Shown here one piece after another: positions 42,116 through 51,785 of a stretch of DNA of 64,000 nucleotides; the stretch's first letter is position 1; each line of letters begins with the position of its first letter. The notes below the pieces were generated by a model. That model worked only from the letters and a program-made list of their open reading frames with translations. It did no database searches and was not told the origin of the DNA. A program made the position numbers and the translations under genes. The stretch is taken from assembly GCA_965200745.1 (NCBI GenBank), contig CBDAUZ010000001.1, positions 1,115,152 through 1,179,151 of the forward strand, in the 5' to 3' direction. Source of the stretch: Alphaproteobacteria bacterium. Its GTDB lineage: Bacteria > Pseudomonadota > Alphaproteobacteria > SP197.

Positions 42116-43147
42116 TCAGGTTGATTCGCCTTGTTTCAGGGATGCTGACACGATTGTGGTGCAAAGTTCCGTTATCGCGATATGGCTTTCCCGGGAGAAA
42201 CCGTCGACACGATCGTCGATGATACCGTCGGTTGAGTTGATCAGTTTGCTGGCGACCATCGTATCCAGCAACAGCGCCTCGCGCGCCGGAGTGTGCAGGA
42301 GTCTTGTATCTCCGGCACGGGCAGCCATTCCTGCGGCAATGGCAGTGCAACCCCAGTTGGAACAGGCTGCTGTGACAAGTACACTACAATCAGTTACCGC
42401 GCCGATACCACCACCACAGCCGCACTGGCACCGATCTCCAAAGGGGACATGGGCGCGCACCTGATCGGCCACCCTGGCCATACCGATTTCGTTTCCGCCG
42501 TCTCCGACTGCGATAACCGGAATTCCGCGTGCCAGCCCTTCGTCAAACAGGTAATCGATACGGGCGCGCCCCATCCCGTAGTCGATCCCGCGCATTGAGT
42601 GGTAGACGCCCTTGACATTGCGTCCCACGCGTTCGGCTGAAAACAACAGATCGGGGTCTAACGCGTCGAGCAACTGCGGCGCGCGATCCGCCGCGGCTGC
42701 ATCGTCGGTGGGAAACGGGAGCATGACAACAGTCGCGAGACTGCGGTCTTCTCGGGCAATCCTTGCCTGTTCCAGTGTTACCGGAAACAGGCCGGACGCG
42801 GCCATCACATTGCCGATCGCTTCCAGCAGCGTCTCCTCACAAACCACAACGCATGTGGCATTGCGTCCAAGAACGAGTGCACGCGCGATTGTCGCGGTAC
42901 CTGACGGGCCATCGTTTTCGCCCAGTTTCGGTGTGATCCATGCACGCGATACTGAACCGGTTGTGAGTACGACCATCCCCTTTTCCGGTACATTCATCAG
43001 GGCATCTGCTGCTGCACCGACCAGTGAACTGCCTTGCAACTTGCGCGCGGCAGCATACAGCGGTTCAATTCCGCGTTCGCCAACATCGATGTTGATCAGC
43101 TGATCAAGACGATTGTCGAGTCTGGAGATCAGGTCTCTGTTCACCAT
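42116..43147 (-). CDS. DUF4392/D-glutamate cyclase-domain protein
   Basis: ENDGPSG, SAERVG, VGDGGNEIGM, SNWG, DG motifs. Confidence 0.85.
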   Translation of the reverse strand: MVNRDLISRLDNRLDQLINIDVGERGIEPLYAAARKLQGSSLVGAAADALMNVPEKGMVVLTTGSVSRAWITPKLGENDGPSGTATIARALVLGRNATCVVVCEETLLEAIGNVMAASGLFPVTLEQARIAREDRSLATVVMLPFPTDDAAAADRAPQLLDALDPDLLFSAERVGRNVKGVYHSMRGIDYGMGRARIDYLFDEGLARGIPVIAVGDGGNEIGMARVADQVRAHVPFGDRCQCGCGGGIGAVTDCSVLVTAACSNWGCTAIAAGMAARAGDTRLLHTPAREALLLDTMVASKLINSTDGIIDDRVDGFSRESHIAITELCTTIVSASLKQGEST

Positions 43148-44410
43148 TCACGTTTCTCCAAACAGCAATTCAGCAAACCAGTCGGTATTCTCGAGGTGGG
43201 ATGCCGTTTCCGTCATCGCGTTTTCGAGGCACCTGGCGACCGCATCAGCACCGCCGACACGTTCGAGCGCACCGCTGGTTGGTTTCAGGCGCAGGGAAAC
43301 ACGCCCTCCCGGTTGGCCGTGGGTGTTGACAGTTACGATCCCCTTTTCACGCAACATCCACATGCCGATTGCAGCGGTTACTTCAGCCGGGACCCGGGAA
43401 GTTTTCTCGACACCCGCCAGGCTGAGAACCCGTTCGTGGACATGCTCCTCGTCGATTCTCGGGCCCAGCAGCGACCGTTGCACGAAACCGGAACCGATGG
43501 CTGCTTCAAGCGCATCCGACAGCCTTCGACCGTCGTCTGACTCCTCGATCAGAAGATCAGGTGAAAACGCCTGCAATGAACGCAATACTGCAACCGCCAC
43601 GGGTGCACGTGCTTCCATTCCCAGTTCGGAAGCCTTGGCAGCGACCGCGACGAGAGCCGCAGACTCGCCACACAGGATTCCCGCACGCGGTCCCGACAAA
43701 CCGGCCTTGTCTGCGTTGGTGATGACCAGGTCTGCTCCGAAAGACAATGCTGGTGCACCGTCATGCAGGATTGTTCGGATTCGGGCGCCATAGGCTTCAT
43801 CAAGGAAGACCCGACTGTTGGCCGTCTGTCCCAATCGTACGGCACGCTGTGTCGTTGCATCGGGCAGCATACGCAGTTCCGATGTGACGGTCGTGATGAT
43901 CGTCAAGGACGGCTCATGGATTTCCAGTGCCGTCTCGAGTTCGGCGATACTGTTCACCTCGATCAACGGTACATCCGCAAGCGACGCGCCTCGTCCAACG
44001 GAGGCGTGAGATCTGTCAGCTGGCGGGACCAGAGACACGACAGGATTACCCAGCGAAAGGGCAAGGATGGATGCGACAATTCCGGCGCTGGTCCGGTTGA
44101 TGACAGCTGCGCACTCGCGCCCGCTGCCGCCGAGATGGGCGATTGCGGCTTGTCTCAGTTGTTCGCCAAAAAGCCCCGGACCGACCCATTCCTCGCACAG
44201 TTCATGCACGTCAGAAGGTCTGATCGGGAAGAAACGCAGGTTGCCGGTGAACACACCGACACGTTCCATACCGTTGCGTGAGACGAAGTCTGCAGACAGG
44301 CGTCCTGCGTGGTGCAATCGCCGCACCTCATCGGCAGATGAAGCCAGAAGTTCTCCGCGTGCATAGCCTACTTCGGGATCAAGGAGATTGCCAAAACGAT
44401 CGGTGGTCAC
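43148..44410 (-). CDS. SelA-like PLP-dependent enzyme
   Basis: INRTSAG, FLDEAYGAR, NADKAGLSGPRAG (PLP Lys); GTGA overlap with ALDH stop. Confidence 0.8.
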   Translation of the reverse strand: MTTDRFGNLLDPEVGYARGELLASSADEVRRLHHAGRLSADFVSRNGMERVGVFTGNLRFFPIRPSDVHELCEEWVGPGLFGEQLRQAAIAHLGGSGRECAAVINRTSAGIVASILALSLGNPVVSLVPPADRSHASVGRGASLADVPLIEVNSIAELETALEIHEPSLTIITTVTSELRMLPDATTQRAVRLGQTANSRVFLDEAYGARIRTILHDGAPALSFGADLVITNADKAGLSGPRAGILCGESAALVAVAAKASELGMEARAPVAVAVLRSLQAFSPDLLIEESDDGRRLSDALEAAIGSGFVQRSLLGPRIDEEHVHERVLSLAGVEKTSRVPAEVTAAIGMWMLREKGIVTVNTHGQPGGRVSLRLKPTSGALERVGGADAVARCLENAMTETASHLENTDWFAELLFGET

Positions 44411-45894
44411 GCGACACATTCGACGTTGACTGTGACGCACTTGCGAAAGGTATAGGCTTCGAGTGCACCCTCGATTGAATACTCACTGCCCAGGCCAGAC
44501 TGCTTTGTGCCACCATAGGACATGCCGGGTATTTGACCCCCACCCTGATTGACCTGGATCCAGCCGGCATTTATTGCGCGGGTCAATCGGGTTATGCGGC
44601 TGAAATCGTGCGTGAAAACGAATGCTGCCAGCCCGTAATGGGTGTCATTGGCCAGATCGATGACTTCGGCCTCGGTACGAAACGGGATTGCAACCATGAC
44701 CGGGCCAAAGACTTCTTCGCGTGCAATGCGCCAACTGTTGTCCACGCCGGTGAGGATGATCGGTTTGGCCTGGAAGCCCGCCGGGTCGGAAACGGGAACG
44801 TCCCCGATCAGGAACCTGGCACCCCGAGCCTCCGCCTCGACCACGTAGTCTCTGATTTCACCATATCGTTCGGCGTTCACCACAGCTCCCATGTCAACAT
44901 CGGGATCAAGTGCGTCGCCAACTTTCAGTTCAGACACCTTGTCAACGACCCGCGGCATCAGCGTGCTCCAGATATCCTCGTGCACGAATAGTCGTGAACC
45001 TGCGGTACAGCTTTGACCCTGACGCGAAAACCGCATGGCATTTGCAATCTGCAGCGCCGTGTTGTCCAGACGATCGTGTTCGACCGCATCGGGAAAGACG
45101 ATTGTCGGAGACTTGCCGCCCAGTTCCAGCGTCACGTTCGCAATCCTGTCGGCTGTGGCATGTCCGATTTGCCGACCCACCTCGGAAGAGCCGGTAAACG
45201 ATACCTTGTCAACGCCGGAATGTGCGGCCAATGCAGCGCCAGCCTCTTCGCCCATTCCTGTAACGACGTTGAAGACGCCGGGCGGAAACACATCCTCAGC
45301 CAACTCTGCCAGTTTGAGAATGGCAAGCGGTGCATCTTCGGCGGGTTTCAGGACAAGGCAATTACCAGTCGCCAACGCCATAGAGATCTTTACCGCACCG
45401 AGCTGCAGGGGAGAATTCCAGGGTATGATCGAACCAACGACGCCATGCGGTTCACGCGTGCTGTAACTGAATAGTCCGGGACCAAGCGGAAGCGTCTCAC
45501 CTTTTTGTTCAACGGCTACACCGCCGTAGTACCTCAGAACACCCGCAGCTCCGGCGACCTCACCGCGGGATTGGGTCTTGATCGCATTGCCGGTCTCGGC
45601 TGCCAGAATACGGGCGATTTCCTCGGCGTTTTCTTCCAGGCGTCGCCCCAGCGCGCCAATCAGTTTTCCGCGTTCACTGGCGGCCTTTGCACGCCACTCC
45701 GGAAAGGCTGCCCGTGCAGCCTGAACGGCGAGGTCGATTTCAGTTTCCGAACCCAACCCGACATCGCAGATCGCAACGCGGCGCGAGGGATTTTCAACGG
45801 TCAAACGTGCACCACCTGCAGGCCAGTGCCATTTCCCGTCTATGAAATTTCCGCTGAGACCGTTGGCTGGAAGCCCGTGGTCGAGAAACGGCAT
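44407..45894 (-). CDS. NAD(P)-dependent aldehyde dehydrogenase
   Basis: PWN, KPAE, FTGS, LELGGKSP, GQSCTAG, EEVFGP. Confidence 0.95.
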   Translation of the reverse strand: MPFLDHGLPANGLSGNFIDGKWHWPAGGARLTVENPSRRVAICDVGLGSETEIDLAVQAARAAFPEWRAKAASERGKLIGALGRRLEENAEEIARILAAETGNAIKTQSRGEVAGAAGVLRYYGGVAVEQKGETLPLGPGLFSYSTREPHGVVGSIIPWNSPLQLGAVKISMALATGNCLVLKPAEDAPLAILKLAELAEDVFPPGVFNVVTGMGEEAGAALAAHSGVDKVSFTGSSEVGRQIGHATADRIANVTLELGGKSPTIVFPDAVEHDRLDNTALQIANAMRFSRQGQSCTAGSRLFVHEDIWSTLMPRVVDKVSELKVGDALDPDVDMGAVVNAERYGEIRDYVVEAEARGARFLIGDVPVSDPAGFQAKPIILTGVDNSWRIAREEVFGPVMVAIPFRTEAEVIDLANDTHYGLAAFVFTHDFSRITRLTRAINAGWIQVNQGGGQIPGMSYGGTKQSGLGSEYSIEGALEAYTFRKCVTVNVECVA

Positions 45895-45896
45895 GA

Positions 45897-46787
45897 TCAA
45901 CTGTCCTTCGATGATTCAGGAAGGCGACGGAGCGTTTTGTAGTAGGCAGAAAAGTCCTCTGCACCGCCCGTATTTTCGGCAAACCCGGTGAAGTCTTCTG
46001 CTGCCATGGCGCCGAACGGCGTTTTCTGACCGACCGAACGGGCGGCGGCCTGGGCCAGCCGCAGATCCTTCGCCATCAGTCTTGCAGCAAATCCCGGCGC
46101 AAAACCATTGGATGCCGGCGCATTCGGGACAATGCCCGGGATCGGGCAACGGTGTTCCAGTGTCCAGCTTTGTGCCGCTGCGTTTGCACAAAGTTCATGG
46201 AACTGGTCCAGATCGAGTCCCGATGCATCGGCTAGAGCAAAACCTTCAAGCACGGCCATGGCTGTTATACCGCAGATCATGTTGTGGCACGCCTTGGCTG
46301 CCTGACCTGATCCTGGCGTACCGAAATGGACAATCTTGCTTCCGAGTTCCTCAAGTATTGACCTGGCCCGTGCAACGCCCGCTTGCGTTCCACCAACCAT
46401 GAAACTCAGTTCGCCGCGGCCAGCGGCCTCCGGTCCGCCGGAAACGGGTGCATCGATTTGCACCTGACCGCGTGCAGCGGCCATCTCATGCAGTTTTTGC
46501 GCTGTCATTACGTCAATGGTCGAACAGTCGATCAGAAGGGCGTCAGGTGCTGAGCGGACCAGAATCAGTTCCTGGTAGGAACGCACAACATGTTCGGCTT
46601 CAGGGAGCATCGTGACAACGGCTTTTATTCCCTTGAGTTCAGCTACTTCTGGTGGACAGGCTGACTCGAACATGGCGCGGGCACTTGGGCTCACATCAAT
46701 GCCAAGGACATCATGTCCGCTTGCTCTCAAATGGCGCGCCATCGGCAGACCCATCGTACCGAGGCCCACGAATGCGATTCTGGTCAT
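45897..46787 (-). CDS. 3-hydroxyisobutyrate dehydrogenase-family beta-hydroxyacid dehydrogenase
   Basis: GLGTMG, DCST, DAPVSGG, GQAAKACHN, MAKDL. Confidence 0.9.
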   Translation of the reverse strand: MTRIAFVGLGTMGLPMARHLRASGHDVLGIDVSPSARAMFESACPPEVAELKGIKAVVTMLPEAEHVVRSYQELILVRSAPDALLIDCSTIDVMTAQKLHEMAAARGQVQIDAPVSGGPEAAGRGELSFMVGGTQAGVARARSILEELGSKIVHFGTPGSGQAAKACHNMICGITAMAVLEGFALADASGLDLDQFHELCANAAAQSWTLEHRCPIPGIVPNAPASNGFAPGFAARLMAKDLRLAQAAARSVGQKTPFGAMAAEDFTGFAENTGGAEDFSAYYKTLRRLPESSKDS

Positions 46788-46949
46788 GGTGTTCTTTTGG
46801 GCTGTTGTTGTGATTTGCCGTGAATTGTCGAACGTCGTCCTTCTGCCGTCGAACATTCTTCAGTTGTTTCAGGTTGCTGCTTCGGCGGCGTACCAGGTTT
46901 TGTATCATCGTATACCGAGGCAAGGATCGAGGTTCTGATCATCGTCCAA

Positions 46950-49364
46950 TCAACCGCGCATTCGTTTGTTCGATGGATCATGGAATGAACGCAAGCTGGC
47001 AACAGCACCCGTGGGTTGTCCGGCAACCAGGATTTCATACTCGGCACTCTCCACGTCCGTGAGCGCCATTCCGTCGGGACGATACACGTATCCAAGACCG
47101 ACCGCAGCGCCAACGGTCCAGCCATAACTGGCCGATGTCAACCTTCCGACAACCTTGCTCTCCCGCAAGACAGGCTCTCCGCCATAAAGAAGGACATCGG
47201 AATCAATCAGGCGAAACTGCAACAAGTGGTATCGGGGACTGCGGGCTCGAACCGTCTCGACGGCAGACTTGCCGAGAAACGTTGAATCAAAGTCGCAGGC
47301 AAAGGACAGACCCGCCTTCACGGGGTTGTCAAAGGGGCCAATGTCATGCCCCCAATGACGAAAACCCTTTTCAATCCTGCAACTGTCGACCGCCATGCTT
47401 CCGCACAGTCGCGGTGGATCAGGAGCGTGCAAGACGGTTTCAAGGACGTGTGCGGCGTACTCGGACGGGATATGCAGCTCCCATCCCAGCTCGCCGACAT
47501 AGCTGATGCGTTGTGCGCGTACAGAGGCGTACCCCAGATGGACAATTCTGAATGTCGCGAACGGAAAAGCCTCGTTGGCGAGGTCTTCATTCATCAGTCC
47601 ACTCAGGAATTCTCGTGCGCGTGGCCCCATCAGTGCCAGCGTTGCCTCGGAAGCGGTAACGTTGATAACGCTTACACCCGTGCCTTTCAGTTGCTGTCTG
47701 ATCCAGCGTTCGCATTGCGGTTCGGCACCGGCGGAAGCCATGACGAGATACCGATCAGATGACAGGCGGGCGACTGTGACATCTGCCTCGACCCCGCCCT
47801 GCTGATTGAGCATCTGCGTATAGACCAGAGTACCGGTCGCGACAGCCATGTTTGCCGCGCACAGGAACTGCATGTGTTCCTCGGCCGCATCACCGACCAC
47901 AATGAGACGACCGAATGTCAGGTCGATCATCCCGAGATCGGAACGAAGGACTTCATGTTCCTCGCGCCATTGGGTGAACCAGGGCTGAAAACCGAATCCG
48001 TCGGTGAGTTCGCCGCCGTAGAACAACGGGCGTTCCCAACCGTTGACGCTGCCAAAACACGCACCCGCTTCTGCCAGTGCGCCGTGAAACGGCGTTCTGC
48101 GCAAACCGCGCGCCACCTCTCCTTGACGAAAGGGCCAATGCATCGCATAGGCGCGTGACAGTGTTTCCGACGCCTTGTCAGCAACATAGTTCGGGGCATT
48201 CAATTCGTTGACAACACGACGAACATCCACATCTGTCAGGTCCATCGTCATGTCTCCGGACATGATCCATTCGGCCACTGCCATGCCGGCACCCGGGCCG
48301 TTCTGGATGCCGGTGGAATTGAATCCGGCGACCACCCACAACCCTTCGATGTCCGTGATCGGTCCCAGATAAGGTAGGCCGTCCGGCGTAAAACTCTCCG
48401 GTCCGTTGAGGAACTTGCGAATACCGGAATGCGCCAACGCCGGAACGCGTTTGACGGCGGCATTCAGGATCGGCAACAGGTGTTCCGCGTCGCAGGGCAG
48501 TTCGTCGAACGAAAAATTCTCCGGAATTCCACCCTGTGGCCGCCAGGCAGTAGCGTCAGGCTCCGAGCAGCCGATCAGCAGGTTACCTGCATCTGCCTTG
48601 TAATAGGTATGTTCATCCATCACGCGAAGCACAGGCAGATCGCTTGTTACGCCGTCGATCAGATCTGTAACGACGTAGTAATGATTGACCGGATGAAGAG
48701 GCAGGCTGACGCCATGGGTCAGGGCGAATTCACGCGCCCACATGCCCGTTGCGTTGACCACGTGCTCGGCCCGAACGATACCGTTGGCCACTTCCACACC
48801 GATCACCCGGGCGTCGTCGATGACAATGCGTTTGACCCTTGTGTTCTCGCGTATCCGTGCACCATTCATCCTTGCCCCCTGGGCGAGGGCCATGGCCGTG
48901 TCGACAGGATTCGTGTACCCGTCGCCGGGAAACCAGATTGCGCCGCGTGCGCCGTCAATCGAGAGCAGCGGCCAGCGCTTCTGAGCCTCTTTCAGGGAGA
49001 TTTCCTCTGCCCTCACGCCGCATCCAAGGCTGTAGTCCGCCTTCCGGCGGAGTTCTTCCATACGTGCATCATTCAATGCGAGTGAAATGGAACCGTTTCG
49101 CCTGAACCCGGTATCCTGACCCGTTTCGTCTCCAAGCCTCTCCATCAGATCGAGACCATATCGTGCCAACGCGGTCAGGACGGGAGTGCTCTGGGTTTCG
49201 CTGACAAGACCGGCGGCATGCCATGTCGAACCGCAGGTCAGAGACCCGCGTTCAAAGAGGGTGACAGACCAGCCAGCCCTGGCAAGATGATAGGCGGTTG
49301 CGCAACCGACAATGCCACCGCCGACAATTGCGACATGATCATCCGATGCTCGTGATACCGCCAC
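46950..49364 (-). CDS. GcvT-family FAD/THF oxidoreductase (sarcosine dehydrogenase-like)
   Basis: GGGIVG, GSTWHAAGLV, NGPESFTPDG, RISYVGELGWEL, RIEKG. Confidence 0.92.
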   Translation of the reverse strand: MAVSRASDDHVAIVGGGIVGCATAYHLARAGWSVTLFERGSLTCGSTWHAAGLVSETQSTPVLTALARYGLDLMERLGDETGQDTGFRRNGSISLALNDARMEELRRKADYSLGCGVRAEEISLKEAQKRWPLLSIDGARGAIWFPGDGYTNPVDTAMALAQGARMNGARIRENTRVKRIVIDDARVIGVEVANGIVRAEHVVNATGMWAREFALTHGVSLPLHPVNHYYVVTDLIDGVTSDLPVLRVMDEHTYYKADAGNLLIGCSEPDATAWRPQGGIPENFSFDELPCDAEHLLPILNAAVKRVPALAHSGIRKFLNGPESFTPDGLPYLGPITDIEGLWVVAGFNSTGIQNGPGAGMAVAEWIMSGDMTMDLTDVDVRRVVNELNAPNYVADKASETLSRAYAMHWPFRQGEVARGLRRTPFHGALAEAGACFGSVNGWERPLFYGGELTDGFGFQPWFTQWREEHEVLRSDLGMIDLTFGRLIVVGDAAEEHMQFLCAANMAVATGTLVYTQMLNQQGGVEADVTVARLSSDRYLVMASAGAEPQCERWIRQQLKGTGVSVINVTASEATLALMGPRAREFLSGLMNEDLANEAFPFATFRIVHLGYASVRAQRISYVGELGWELHIPSEYAAHVLETVLHAPDPPRLCGSMAVDSCRIEKGFRHWGHDIGPFDNPVKAGLSFACDFDSTFLGKSAVETVRARSPRYHLLQFRLIDSDVLLYGGEPVLRESKVVGRLTSASYGWTVGAAVGLGYVYRPDGMALTDVESAEYEILVAGQPTGAVASLRSFHDPSNKRMRG

Positions 49365-49367
49365 GGA

Positions 49368-51782
49368 TCAACTCTTCTGACGCAGGTTTTCGGGATCGTA
49401 GATCGGGAGGGTGACAACCGTGGCGCGTTCCGGATTGCCCAGTACCTCGATCTCGAAATCATCTCCGGGATGCGCTTTCGAAGACAGGTAACCCAGAGCG
49501 ATGCGTTTCCCTGTGCGATAGCCGGTGCCGGCGGAACTGACATAACCAACCGGCGTCCCGTTCATGCAGATTGGATCGGATGTCAGTGGATCAGGTCCGT
49601 GACCATCGAGCACAAAACCCGTGAAATGGTATCGCCTGGGCATCGCAGACTGTGCAAGGAAAGCGTCGTGCCCGACGAAACCGCCCTTCTTTCTCGAGAC
49701 AAACCGGTCGAGTCCGCAATCAAACGGGGTGTACTCGATACCGAAATCTGCACCCCATGCGTGATATCCCTTTTCCAGCCGCATGGAGTCGAGCGCGTAG
49801 GATCCGAACTCGGTCATACCCTTGTTGGCACCTAGTTCCATGATCGCACGATAGGCGGAAAGGAGGTCAGAACTGCGCAAGTGCAGTTCCCAACCCAACT
49901 CTCCGACATAGGAGAGGCGCAATGCGATTGCCGGAACGCCGGCAATATCGATCTCGCGCGCGGACAACCACGGCGCTTCGCTTCTGGAAAGATCGTTCTC
50001 TGTAAGCGGTTGCAAGACGTCGCGTGAAAGTGGTCCCATGACCATCAGTGCGGCGTCGAATTCGGAACCACAGCGAAGTGCGACACCGCTTTCCGGAAGA
50101 AATTGCGCCATCCAGTCATGGTCGCGCAGTTCGGCTCGCGTGGGTCCGCACAGGAAAAACTTGTTCTCCTCGAGGCGCGCGATTGTCGCTTCGGACCATA
50201 TCCTGCCCCTGGGCGTGAGCATGTACCCAAGCTTGACGTTCCCGACCAGTGGCATTGATCCGCAAAAAACATGGTCAAGGAATTCGGCAGCGCGTTCACC
50301 TTCAACCTCAAAATGCGTGAATCCCCCGTGATCCATGATTCCAACGTTGTCGCGCACAACCTGACACTCGGTCTTGACGGCATCACGCCAGCGTTCATGG
50401 CGAAAGCTCAGATTGCCATCGTCCCGGACGGTTTTTGTTTCAAACCAGAACACGCGCTCCCAGCCTGCGACCTGTCCGAACACCGCCCCCCTGGTCCGGA
50501 GGGTGGAATGGAGCGGGGTGGTGTTTACCGGTCGGCCGGATCTCCAGTGGCGATGCGGGTACGGGATTGCATACTGATGCTCGTAGAGTTCGCATGCGCG
50601 GCTGATTGCGTAATCGACACCGACCCAGTCGCCAAAGCGACGCGGATCCCACATCGACATATCCCACTCGGGCTCACCGTCAACGATCCATTCGGAAATC
50701 GTCTTGCCGGCTGCTGCGGAATGGGTGATACCCACAGGGAAACAGCATGCGTGATAATAGTTCGGCAAACCGTAGGCTGGACCGCAAAGTGGCGCGCCGT
50801 CGGGAGAATAAGGTATCGGGCCATTGACGAACCGGCTGACGCCGGCGTCACCGAGTACCGGAACATGCGCAACGACGTCCTCCAGCACGTCAGCCAGGTC
50901 GTCTACACTGTCGGGAAACAACTGGCTCGCGAAATCCGCTGGCATTCCATCGATCCACGCCGGTCGACCCTTGTGCCCGTACGAGCCGAGCAACAGTCCG
51001 TTGCGTTCGCGCCGCAGGTAATACCTGATGTCAGGATCGCGCACGAGCGGGAAACTGTCAGGATGTGCCTCAAGTTCCGGCAAGCTTTCAGTAACAAGAT
51101 ACTGGTGTTCCAGAGTCACGACTGGGAGCGATTGTCCTGTCATTCGGGCAATCCGATCACCATAGTATCCGGATGCATTGACAACCGTGTGACACACGAC
51201 ATTGCCCTTGTCGGTCGCAATCGACCATTCACCCGAGGCCCGGCGCGTGACATCAATGACCTCGGTATAACGCACGAGCTCTGCACCGAGATCACGCGCT
51301 CCTGTTGCGAGAGCCTGTGTCAGCTGGCCGGGATCTGCATCTCCTTCGTAGGGATCGTAAAGCCCGCCGATTATGTCATCGCCTGGACTGAAAAACGGAT
51401 GCATGTCGTCCATGTCGGACGGCGACAGCATTGTCAGATTGTAGTCGAGCCCCTTGGCAATACCGACGAGATGGTAAAAGAAGTCCATCCTGTCTGATGT
51501 ATGTGCAGGCCAGAAGGCACCCGTGTGCCGGAAGGTAATCGGATAGTCGACTTCGTCGGCCAGGGTGCTGTAGAGCCGCCAGGCGTAATTTCCCGCGCAC
51601 ATGCCTGCCCAACTGTTGGCAAACGTCGGAATGTTGCCAGCGGCATGCCAGGTCGAACCGCTGGTCAGCTCGTTCTTCTCGATCAGCAGCGTATCTGTCA
51701 TGCCGGCCCTGGCGAGATGATACAGGACAGATACGCCAACAATGCCGCCACCGATGATGACGACTTCGGCATGGGTTTTCAT
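49368..51782 (-). CDS. GcvT-family FAD/THF oxidoreductase (dimethylglycine dehydrogenase-like)
   Basis: GGGIVG, GSTWHAAGN, NGPIPYSPDG, RLSYVGELGWEL, RLEKG. Confidence 0.92.
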   Translation of the reverse strand: MKTHAEVVIIGGGIVGVSVLYHLARAGMTDTLLIEKNELTSGSTWHAAGNIPTFANSWAGMCAGNYAWRLYSTLADEVDYPITFRHTGAFWPAHTSDRMDFFYHLVGIAKGLDYNLTMLSPSDMDDMHPFFSPGDDIIGGLYDPYEGDADPGQLTQALATGARDLGAELVRYTEVIDVTRRASGEWSIATDKGNVVCHTVVNASGYYGDRIARMTGQSLPVVTLEHQYLVTESLPELEAHPDSFPLVRDPDIRYYLRRERNGLLLGSYGHKGRPAWIDGMPADFASQLFPDSVDDLADVLEDVVAHVPVLGDAGVSRFVNGPIPYSPDGAPLCGPAYGLPNYYHACCFPVGITHSAAAGKTISEWIVDGEPEWDMSMWDPRRFGDWVGVDYAISRACELYEHQYAIPYPHRHWRSGRPVNTTPLHSTLRTRGAVFGQVAGWERVFWFETKTVRDDGNLSFRHERWRDAVKTECQVVRDNVGIMDHGGFTHFEVEGERAAEFLDHVFCGSMPLVGNVKLGYMLTPRGRIWSEATIARLEENKFFLCGPTRAELRDHDWMAQFLPESGVALRCGSEFDAALMVMGPLSRDVLQPLTENDLSRSEAPWLSAREIDIAGVPAIALRLSYVGELGWELHLRSSDLLSAYRAIMELGANKGMTEFGSYALDSMRLEKGYHAWGADFGIEYTPFDCGLDRFVSRKKGGFVGHDAFLAQSAMPRRYHFTGFVLDGHGPDPLTSDPICMNGTPVGYVSSAGTGYRTGKRIALGYLSSKAHPGDDFEIEVLGNPERATVVTLPIYDPENLRQKS

Positions 51783-51785
51783 GAA

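Noticed and set aside
50271-51497. 408-aa antisense ORF and similar long shadow ORFs (16148-17056, 37960-38847, 62112-63002)
   Set aside because: They lie opposite well-supported genes and are expected from high GC3 codon bias.
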